A stretch of 64,000 nt of DNA from positions 103,170,001 to 103,234,000 of the forward strand of contig NC_045697.1 of the NCBI RefSeq assembly GCF_009834535.1, read 5' to 3'. Of the stretch, positions 25,661 through 36,585 are shown in pieces. Positions within the stretch are counted from its first letter, which is position 1. Each line of letters begins with the position of its first letter. The notes beneath the pieces were generated by a model. That model made no database searches. It saw only the letters and a list, made by a program, of their open reading frames with translations, and was not told where the DNA came from. The DNA is from Camelus ferus (Eukaryota). A program made the translations under genes and the position numbers.

Positions 25661-28600
25661 CCGTAGGCTCTTTCAATCTGAGGGCTCAAGTCTTCAGTTC
25701 TAGGATATGAGGTGGTGAGGAGAAAACCAGGAAGGTTAACTTGATCTATGTAATAAAGTTCTGAGAAGGAGAGAAAAGGGAGCACTGGGGGGAAGGAGTT
25801 CTGGAGACAGAGAAAGGAGTAAGGTGTGGAGGAACTCATTGCCAGGGAGGTGCGGAAAATATCCTAAGACGCACTCTGGATGTACATCAAGGATGTACTC
25901 CCATCTTTGGTGTTTTATGAAGAGGCTAAGATTTGAGTTGCTGTTAATTATATATTTTTTTTCCAGTGGGACTATTTTTCCTGTGATTTGATGCTGAAAC
26001 TGAGCCATAAGACTGCCTTGGGTTAATATGAGCTATAGAAACCATTATTATTTGTTAAATTATTAAGCAAGTATCTGTTTCATGCTGTCTCTCTCTCCCC
26101 TGTCTACCTTCCCCCACCCTGTCCACCTTCCCCCAGCCTGTCCAGGCCACAGTCACTTCTTTTCTATAATGAGGAAATGAAATTAGATGCTCCAAATTCC
26201 TCTCATTTAACTCTCCTTCTCTTTTACTCCTCCTTCGCCTACCTACAGATATTCCTTTGTATGACTAATGGCTTATAAGAAGCTTAGGTAAATAGTTTGT
26301 TCCCTCATTTCTGTAATCTAGTTTGTCACCAAGTAAACTGTCATGAGTTTGGACAGAGATGGCTGCACAGTGACCAAGCTTATAGCAGGTCAAAACCATT
26401 GGCTTAAGGTCTGGTGTATGAAGCTCTGCCAACCGCCCAGAAACTTACTATTCTAGACTGAAGAATTCATTCCACAGATTCTCTCCGTCCCCCCATCGGA
26501 GCTGATAAGTGGCATAGAGGAGAGAGATCTGGGAAAGGCTCGACCCAAAAGAGCATCTTTGAGCAAACAAAAGGAGAAGATGCCAACAAAATTGTTACTC
26601 CTCCTGAAACATAATCATTGGGTCAGTTTTTATTTATCATGTGCATGTCTTACCTTTTAAAAAGTACTAACAGTGGTTATTAGACTTTTAATTTAAAAGT
26701 ATGAGGCATAGAGAAGTTAACATTGAGAGGGTCCAGATTCTCCTGGGAGATTTGGGTTCCATGAGGGCTGTTTCTTCCACTTCTAATGTACACAGTGAAG
26801 TGTTTGAAATGAAAAGACAGTGAGCGCATGCAGCCTGGATAATCTGCATCACTCACTCTCCTAACTCAGCGGTAATTAGGGCTTGAGTAGCTGCAGCCCC
26901 AACGCCTCCAACAGACATGGGGCTCCTTGTTGATAGATGCTGGCTTTCTCTCTAGAATTTGAGACATGCCTGAGTAAGCAGGAATGCGGTATATCCTGCT
27001 GATACTGTTTTGACGTGTAATGTGGCCCTTGATTGACCTTCGGTAGGTGGATGCCTGGTGGTCTTGGGTTAGGACCAAGGTGGGAATGAACTCTCAGGTA
27101 CTGGAAGCCGACCATGGTCAGGCTCTGCTGACCTCCGCTACTCTAGACAGAGGAGTTGTTCCTCGGATTCTCTAGGACCGCCCATTGGCGTTGATGTGTG
27201 CCACAGAGGAAAGAGATTTGGGAAAGGCTCTAACACAGCACTGATAGTCGACCACAATAGCATCTTGGAGCAAGTGAGGGCAGAAGATGCAAACAAAATG
27301 AAGTCCAGAGTCTTTTGAAGAAGTCGGGCCGCCAGGTGAAAACGGTTCTCATTGGTCCGCGAGGGTACCTGGTGTTTCTTCAAATTGTCATCAGCGTTTC
27401 CTCTTTTCTGAAATGCGACGTCTTCTCCGCTTCGTGTGTAACCAGTGCTATCTCTCTGACTCCAGAGAGGGCAGTGTTTTCCAAATTCCAGATACTTCTG
27501 CCCTTCTGGGGAAAAAAAAATGACAATGTGAGATTTTTAAACTTGTGTTCTACCAAAAAAGAACCATACATTCACTTCATATTTTTAAGATGCTGTGTTT
27601 TCAGTTTCTGGTTAATCTATAATTGACTGTGGCTCCTAACTCTTTTCGTGTCCTCCATTTTCCTTCATCTTCCCCCACCAAAAACTGTTTATGTTGAGCA
27701 ATGAATGCTCCGTACATTTGTAGGTAAACACTCTTCTGGAATTTGGTGCCCAAGGAGAGAATCCAGTTTTAAAGGGAGAGATTCTGAAATAGTAACCACT
27801 CCTTGTTTTTGAAACTTCAGGTTTTCCTGTAACAGCATTTGTAAAAGCGGGCCCACCTCTAGAGAAACGTGTGTCAGGTACCTAGCAGATGGCCTGAATG
27901 CCAGGCACTCCCCTCAAAACCCTTACCTTGCCTCCTCCTCCGGGCTCACTGCTTTCACGCAAGAGCCGCCACGGTCACACATACACTCTGCCCATCAAAG
28001 CGTGGGCTGCGAGGCCCTGCCAGATGGTCTCCTTCGGAATCGACGCTTCCAATATGATAATGTTTACATTTGTGTCTCAGGCAGGAATGAATCATTTTCT
28101 CATGATGCTTAATAAGAGGCAGATTATTTCCTGCCTAGCTCCCCAGACCCTGTACTCCTCTTTTCCATTATGTCTGATGAGGGTTGCTTTTTTCCGGTGG
28201 GAAAGTGGCAGGAGGCAGGGGCAGGGTCACTGGCGTGCAGCTCTTTCTCCCGGGCTGAAGTGCTGTGCCGCCCCGAAGGGCCTGCGATCCACTGCTCTCC
28301 GCAAAGGTGGGGTTTGCGACACATCAGAGTGCGATGGTCAGGGCAGCACGAGACCAGGACTCCAACAACCTCTTTTAAGCGTCAAGATCTTCAAGTTCTA
28401 ATCTTCTGGAATTTGGTGACTGAGTCTGTCCTCTCTGGCCATCTCCATCACGCTTTTCCGGAAGCCTCTCATATTCCCTGCTAAGCCTTCGTCTTTCCAC
28501 ACTGGAGCCCTTATTTTATAATTCTGGCCACAGGAGAGGGTTGGTGGTGGTGGGGGGGTGACGTTCCATCCCTTGATTATTTATTTACTTATTTATTTGC

Positions 28601-28999
28601 AGTTCTCTAAACTCTTGTGTTTAGGAGAAGTGCTCCTAAATTGTATCTGTGCAGCCTGTTCCCTGCAGATGTCTTTGGCTGACAGAAGCTGGTCCGGGCA
28701 GCCAGCAAGAGCAGGGATGGTGTAAAGACAGACCAAATGCACTTCAAAGGGTGAATTATACCGGAAATGATGTGGGGGTTGGTTTGGAGCGTGGCTGGGA
28801 TTGTAAGGACAGCAGCTTACTCTTTTCCTCTTCAAAGGAATGCGAACGAGAGAGCGGGAACTGTTAGATTTCCCTGAGTGGGAAGGGGAAGTCGTCATCT
28901 TGGGCGAGCGGGAGGTATGTGTGATTATTTTTAATTTCATTATCAAACTTAATACAAGAGTGGAGTTTTCTCCTTGTAACCAGCTTTTTCTGATCGATT

Positions 29000-30310
29000 C
29001 ATTCTTTAACCTACTGGAATTTGGTTTCCATCCCCCACTTGTCACTGACATTGCATCCTGAAAGATCACCAGGGACCATGAAATTGGTAAAAGCTGGGTG
29101 ATTCAGCCTCACCCACCTCATCCCCCAGCACAGTTTCACAGGAAGGACTCTAGCCGTGGCTCCTCTGACTGGCGTGCTTGTCCGTGACTCCTCTGATGCT
29201 TTCTTCCCTGTCTCCTGTGTTGCCTCCTCCTCCTTCTGCAGTAAAGTTGGCATCTCCCAAGGTGCTGTCTTTGGTGACTTTGTTTTGTTGCTCTTGGTGT
29301 TATCACCCTCCCTGCTGGCTCCAGACATCACCTTTGTGTCTACAAGTCTGATCATGATATTTCTTCTGAGCTCTGGAATAAATTTTTCACGGCCTTTTCA
29401 ACACAAGGATGTGTCCCATTCAGAGAGGAAATTATTGCAAGATACCTGGCAAGGATGCTGAGGACCGGCACCGAGATGTTAAGAGGGGAAAGAGGACAGA
29501 TTCATAAAATACTTGGCAGATAAAATAAGCAGGACATGGATGGATTGATTAGCTTCCTTCAAAGGAAGGAGGAAGAGAGAGGAAGAGGAGAGATTGAAGG
29601 GGGCCAAGTTGACCCCAAGTTTTGTGGCTCGAGTAACTTGGAGGATGGGTGTGCCCTTATTGGTCTAAAGAACACAGGATTAAGGGGCAGATGGTGACTT
29701 CGGCTTGGGATATTTGCACATACCACCTCCCTCTGCCTTTCTTGTCTTTTGAGTCCTCCCTTTGTAGCTGTTAGAAACATCTTCCTAAAACACAGGTCAG
29801 ATCATGCCATTCCCCTCCTCAGAATTTCTTCTTAGCTCTTATTAACTAGAGAGCCGTTTAGATGTGCAGGCTCCTTCACGAGGGATTGGAAGCCCTACAC
29901 AAGCTGGCTTTGTTTGGTTTCATTAGAATCTTCTAGCACAACAGAACCCACCATGCAATTTCTCACCTTCTTGCTTTTCCTCAAGCTGTTCTCCCAATCT
30001 GGAGTGCCCTCCCCACTTTCCCTGCCTCTGAGAATCCTACTCGTCCTGTCGACTACAGTTGGCTTGTTACATCGCCCATAAAGCCTCCTGTCAGCCCCGT
30101 TGGAAGTCGTCACTCTTTATTCAATATTTCCACAGCAATTTATATGTATTTTCCCCTGGTATTGTAATGCATTTGCTCAAACACACATTTCTTCTGTTGG
30201 TAAACTTCTTAAAAGCTAGGAAATGTATCTTATTTGTCTCCATTTCTCACCAGCTGCCTGCGCATGGCTTTCCACATATTTGTTGCTCATTAAATAATGA
30301 ATGAAAAGGA
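29000..30310. mobile_element. LINE-2 fragments in both orientations
   Basis: L2 motifs (ttcctaaaacacaggtcagatcatgccattcccct; atatttgttgctcattaaataatgaatgaa tail) with an opposite-strand segment near 29420-29710. Confidence 0.55.
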
Positions 30311-32810
30311 GAGAGTGAAAGGGGAGCCTGGGGGTTGGAGGGAGAAGTCACTGAGTTGCAATAGGCTTGGACTTGCTTTCGAACATGGCAGTGGGGGTGG
30401 AAACTTTGGGTTGTGGAGAACAGGTGCAGAGAATAAGAGCGAGGGAGGCAGTGGGTTATGGGTAAGGAGAGAAGCTGATATTGAAAGACAGGATCCTGCC
30501 TATGGCCACTCCACCCTGAACTCGTCCAACCTTTTCTTAAAGACAGGATCCTGCGATACAAAATCATGCACATATACAATTTAGCCTCCCTCACAGGCAG
30601 ACAAGCCAAATTGTAAAGCCCTTCACTGGCAGGAAATTATTATTCGGCCCATTTAAAAAGACACGTGGCCTCGCTGTGTAACCAAGACTCCCGAATACTC
30701 ACTTATTGCTGCTATTTTGTCTATTGTCTGATGGCATAAAGAGATGGGGTTCTGACTGATAGTATGATGATGACCCATTTCTATGCCCATTTATTTAATT
30801 GTAGAAAAGACAGGCAAGGGGATATTCTAATTAATGAGATTTCTTTGACCCTTAATTATTCTTTTCATATGTTACTCTTTCATCAACCTGTATTTATTTT
30901 CAGCAGCACAAAGGAAAAATGAAAAATATTATCCTTTAATGTTGTGAATCCCAGAATAATAAGAATTTATGGTCTTCCTTCTGGATGCTCTCACACAAAT
31001 GCAGGTCTGGTACATTTATAGCCACATGGTGCATGTCCTCTATGCATTCTTTATAGATATGTTCTGTGCAACCATCCATCAGTCCAGGCTTAGTCCAATC
31101 TTCCGTTAGTAGAGGAACTGCCTGTTGTGGATTAGAGATGGAAAGAAACAGGTGGAATATCCTGAACACTTTAATTTTCAATCGGCTGTTTTCCATGAAG
31201 ACGGATAACTCCCTGTTCAGCTCCAGGTTCCTGTGGGAGACACAAGTACAAAGAAGATGCCAGGCAAATGTAATGTCTTTATTCCTAGATGAGCCTAGAT
31301 GGCTGCCCACCCCTTTGTCACACCCTGTTCGTGGTAAGCTGGGACGAATGAGAGCCACCAGGATGCCTTTAGCCTGAGCTTGAGGCTGGCCACAGAAGTC
31401 TGGGGGATGGCTCCTTGCCCCGGTCTCATTTGGGCTCTCATGTGGCTTTCCCTGGTCAAGGAGGCTCTCTGAGGTGGGAGGCAGCCTATGTCCCTGTCAA
31501 GTGACTTCCCGTTAATCAAGTTCTAGAAGGGCTCAATCCCATTAGAGGAATCAAAGAAGGGAGGACTGTAAAGAGACTCTGCCACATCGAGGGGAGAGCC
31601 TTTCTTTACCTGCTTCTCCTGTGCCACCTCTTTCCTTCCTTAGCATCAGGACCCATCACTGCCTTGTCTCTGCCCACCTCCCACTGAGGGGAAGCAGAAG
31701 AGCTACAAGCTGACCTACTGGGTTGGATGTGTAGCCCACATTGGCTTGGAGGCTAAAGTGACAGCAACATTCATGCCAAATATCATTTTATCGGATACCA
31801 ATTGTTCTGCATCTCCCAAACTTACCTTCTTACTCTAGTCTTTGCTGTAGCAACCAGCTCTGGTCAGGGGTGATTGACAGCACCTCCCCTCAGCTTCACC
31901 AAACATCTCTTGCTTTCTGCACCATTGGCTTCTTTGCCACCTCCATGGCTGCCTGGGGAAGCCAACTTAGCTGCTGCAAATCATGGGCAAAGCTGGAAGA
32001 GCGAGGGAGTTAACACTCTCTGTGGCTACCCCAGCCTCTTCCTTCTTCTCTCCCTTGGGTTCTCAGTTCTCAGACACCTTCACACTGCTTCTCATGAGGG
32101 TGCCCAGAAGGACTCCATCCCAGTTGTTCACAGCAATGACTAGCTCGCCCGTGCCCTCTGGGATTGGCTTCCCCCTCTTACTCTTATTTGCTTCACTCTT
32201 TCTAGTTTCCCACTTTTGCTTCGGGAATTGCTTCCCAAAATAAATCTCAGGGTTCAGACTTTTAGGGGAACCCAGAAAATAGACAAAAGAGAGAGCGATA
32301 GCGAGAGAGAGACTACAAATGGTGATCGAACCCATTGCATGGAGAATGTTCTAGCACATATTCTATTTGAAGTGGGACATAATGGGACAGGGGCTTGGTG
32401 ATCCTTTATTATACACACTGAGAAGTGTGTGGACTGCTAATTAGGAATTGCTGTTAAAATAAAAATAAGAGAACACTGAAGCCAGTTGGTGGTGTCTCCT
32501 ATCTAGAAACCTTTGAGATTGGAAAGACATCATTCTGGAATTCAGGCTGGAGGATGGCTAGATAAATTACCCTGGTCCCAGCCCAGTGTTTGCTCTTTTG
32601 GCCCTATTTGTCTGATGATGGAGGTAGATCAGTTATTTCCCTGTGTTTTTGTAAAACACAAGGAGCCCTTCCATCCAATGGAAGTGCCTGAGAACTTTCC
32701 TAATGTGCTCAGAGTTCATGGGCGGAGAGTCTTTCTAAACAAGCGGCAGAATAACAATATTTAGTATATTCTTGTACTGTATTAAAACTAAAGTGTCTTT
32801 CATTACCTGT

Positions 32811-32838
32811 TTTTTTTTTTTAAAGACTTATTTATTTA

Positions 32839-32883
<45 letters not shown>

Positions 32884-32960
32884 ATGGAGGTACTGGGGAT
32901 TGAGCCCAGCACTTTGTGCACTGCGAAGCATATGCTCTACCACTGAGCTATAGCCTCCCC
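32811..32960 (-). mobile_element. Vic-1-type SINE carrying an internal (TG)n microsatellite
   Basis: Reverse complement reads ggggaggctatagctcagtggtagagc...ggctcaatccccagtacctcc; perfect 12-bp TSD ttcattacctgt at 32799-32810 and 32961-32972; (TG)n at 32841-32880. Confidence 0.92.
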
Positions 32961-35431
32961 TTCATTACCTGTAAAAGGAACCTTTTGATTTTCTCCAGAA
33001 AACATTTGAAACATGGGGGGCAGAGAGCTTAGCAGTCACAATTGCACCAGTCACCTGGAGAAGGCTGGAAGCAGTCAGGTGGTGGGAAAAGGAGGGGGCA
33101 CAGTCGGAGAGATGAAGATGGAAAAGGCAAAACCTTTCCTGCCCCACCTGGCTACCTCCTAACTCATCTAACCAGATTAAGCACCCACGGTTTGGTAAAA
33201 TACATTTAAGCCACTCTTAAGATGACTGCAGGCAATCCAAGCATGGTGACTTAGTGTTTAATCAAAAGAGACAAATTTTAGACCTCCCAAACTCTGAAGT
33301 GGGCAAACAAATATTTTCAGCCATTTTTTTTTTTTTCTCTCTTAGGTCTGTCGTGACTTGAAAATGTTGAGGTGCCATTTTTGCTATAACTGCCTTGCAG
33401 GGATTCTGCTTTGGGACCACTCTTGTTTCAAAAAGCTGACTTGCTTGTTTGGAAAGAGTCATGGAGTCGTCGTGTATTACATGTTATCTGCTAGGGTGGG
33501 AAGGGGTCTTTGAGATTGTCTAGTTCAATCCTTCTTCTCATAAGATGCTTCTGAGTCAGACTTTAAGCTCAGGTGATCTGACTCCACGGTAATGTCTTTT
33601 GTGGTGGAAAAATGTTATCTGTCACCCAGATATTCTTACTAAATAGAGTAGAAAGCCACCTGTAGGGACTGCCATGGGGGACAATAATTTCAAAGTGTTA
33701 ATTGAGATGGATTCTCTGTTTCAGTTCTGTAAGTCTGTTGAAAACTAAGAACGAATTAGCTAATACATTCCTTAACTCTATCGAAAAGGAATCCCCAGGA
33801 GATACAACAATGGCTTTTCCTTTTCTCCTTTGCCACTCCTACCAACATGAGCGGGACTTGCATTCGTCTATTTTACAGATCCAGCTATCAAGAAAGGATG
33901 CTGCATAGGAGAACTGCTATCCCGTACAGAAGCTGTCCTGGTCCCTAACCATGCAGACCGCGGTCAAGGGAAGGACGGGCCCCACGGTCCCAGAGTCACC
34001 ACACTTACTTACCCCAGGGCCAGCTTTATGGGCATTTGCTTTCTTAGTGAGTTGGAGTTACTTGCAAAATGAACCTCGTTTTGTGTGAGTCTTCTGTTTT
34101 GAGACGGACGCGTAAGGAAGAGTGTTGGCTGGGGTCTCCGGACTATCTGTGGTTGATGGCTCCTTGGATTGGGATCTGAATCCCAAGAGCATTCTTCGAT
34201 CTTGTGATTTTGCTCACAGGTTCTAAGGCACTGTTGGGGAGAAGTCTAGTTTTACATTCTCCGATGAAAGTTTGTTTATTTTGTATGAGCCCCTGATCCC
34301 TTATGTCCCACTTCAAACAGATGAAATCACTCGGCTGTCATCCCCTTCCGTCCCTCCCTCCCCTTTTGTATGAGCTCCTCCCCAAGGTCTGAAAGCATCG
34401 AGGTGACTTGATTCTGTGTTTTGGCAAAGAAAGAGTCATGCCCTTCAAAGCCTTCGTGAGCCCCCACGTGACCTTGGGCAAGCAAGAGATCTAATGTGAT
34501 GCTTCCGGCTGTGGGTAAGGAGATACCAGTGCTCATCAAATGTTGATATTTCTCCTTGTTCTCCTGTGACCAGCACTGCGACTCTGGGAAGTGGTCAGGG
34601 GCGGTTTCTAATGTACACCAAATGGGCCAATCAGCTGTAGACACATTATAGAAAACATGGCCTTGAGTCTTAAGCTTACCATCCGTTTATTTAACACAAC
34701 AGTAGGAAAAGTATGTATGATCTTGGATTGAATTCTAACAGGGGCCCCAGGGCTGGCTTGGAGATGGCCGGGTCCACACTGCAGTGCCCTCTAGGTAGTG
34801 AAGGTGGAGGAGGATGGGGTCTGCTCTGTCACGGACGGCTCCCGTCCCAGCCACTCCTCAATGTCACTGGAGGCCCATTAACAGGGGAAACAAGTACCAA
34901 TCTGATGATTATAGTTTCTATTTCTGGCTTTTCTCAACCAAAGGGAAAATGTGAGGTAGGTGTGGAATTGAAGGAGAAAACTCTATACCAAATGAGAAGC
35001 TATGCAAACAATAAAGCAGTCTGACTTGTTTTAAGGTTTTCAATAAATACTAGCCATCCCCAAACAACCTGAGTATTTGAATCAGGTGAGAGAACTCGAG
35101 TCAATCACCTGAAGATAGTTATTGGATGAAAACACAAAGGGGAGAATGGTGTCTGAATAGTCACCGGCCACTTTCAAAGGGGCTGCTCCTATGTCAACGT
35201 CATTTTATAAAAAGTCAAGTTGATCTTTTTAAACGTTAGAGTGAAGCGGTTCATAATTTCTTGCAACGTGCCAAGGACGTTCTACGTATAATGTGAATGT
35301 GAATAATAACGTGAATACGTATAATGCAAGATGTGAACCAAAACATTCTCTTTTGCTGCTTTCTATTTTTCACCAAGTCAAGAATTCCTGGGGAAGTTCT
35401 CTGATGGACAGAACTTTAAAACTGATTTAGT

Positions 35432-35565
35432 GGGGAGGGTATAACTCAGAGGTACTTAGCATGCATGAGGTCCTGGGTTCAATCCCCAGTACCTGTATTA
35501 AATAAATAAATAAATAAACCTAATTACTTCCCTCCCCCCAAAAAAAAACCACAAAAAATTTTTTT
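35432..35565 (+). mobile_element. Vic-1-type SINE
   Basis: ggggagggtataactcag...gtcctgggttcaatccccagtacc, (aaat)n, aacctaattacttccc and an A tail. Confidence 0.88.
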
Positions 35566-36128
35566 AAATTGATTTCTCTTTCTTTCTCTGCCTCAGTTTC
35601 TTTCTCTGGCACCTTCCTTTGAAGGGTGAACTCTCACTGCATTTGGATAGATGATTACTTAGCTTGCAAAACATACCATTTCCCCCTCATTAAAATCTCA
35701 TAGTTGCCAAACTTCGTTAAGACAAATGGAATTACTCATCTATTCCCTGCTCCCCCTCTATGGTGATGGGGTGAATAAAATTATATTAAGCAGGAGAGCA
35801 TAAGGCTGGTGAGCACTTTGAAAAAGTCATGAAATATTTTAAGGAAGGAGCCAGACTGCAGCTGAACTGACTGATGGATATGCTCTCAACCTTCATGGCC
35901 AGGAATGATTTACATAGTAACGGTATGCATTATGACCATGGCTCTTCAAAACTTGCATTTTGCAACAGTATATAATTAGTAGTGGACATTTCCTAAACTT
36001 TTTAAAAATACACTGAAAAAGCGAAAATCAGAACAAAGCAAGACAAACAAAACCCTGAGACTCACACGTAGCCAAGGACAGCACCCAAGAAAGAAAAAGA
36101 AACAAGAGTATAGCCAACCTTTTTTCTT

Positions 36129-36134
36129 TTTAAT
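36129..36134 (-). terminator. Probable distal ZNF827 poly(A) signal ATTAAA
   Basis: Several UGUA motifs upstream and a U/GU-rich element downstream (ctcttgtttctttttctttcttgggtg on the - strand). Confidence 0.65.
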
Positions 36135-36579
36135 TAGAGTATATTATACTTCCAAACTGGATACACTAGAAATTGGCAATGCAACATAAGATGCAAAGGA
36201 ATATACCAGTTACTGTCAAAATGACCCTGTACAGCCTTGTAATGCAAAAAAGCTTTATACAATACAAATTTTCAGTAATGTACACAAACCTTGACAGTAT
36301 GATCATCTGAACATAATATGAGGAGTTAAAAAAAAGGATAGAAGAAAGTTCTGAGAACTCTAACTGCATTACTATATGGAAAAATAAGCTAGCTTTCATT
36401 GAAGAATGCATAGTGAAAACAGAATTGAAGTTAGTTGGCAGGTGAATATCTCAAAGATGTTAGTGTTTTACACGGAAAGGATATCTATGGAATACATCCT
36501 TCCCTGAGTATCAAACTGCAAACCAAATTCAGGGGTACATATTACCTCGGTGGAATCTGAAAAATGCTGTAGATTTTTC

Positions 36580-36585
36580 TTTATT
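36580..36585 (-). terminator. Candidate ZNF827 poly(A) signal AATAAA
   Basis: tttatt on the + strand within an AT-rich patch of the UTR. Confidence 0.55.

Noticed and set aside
30484..30554. Repeat-spacer-repeat resembling CRISPR
   Set aside because: Only two 16-bp copies, in mammalian DNA, with no cas genes.
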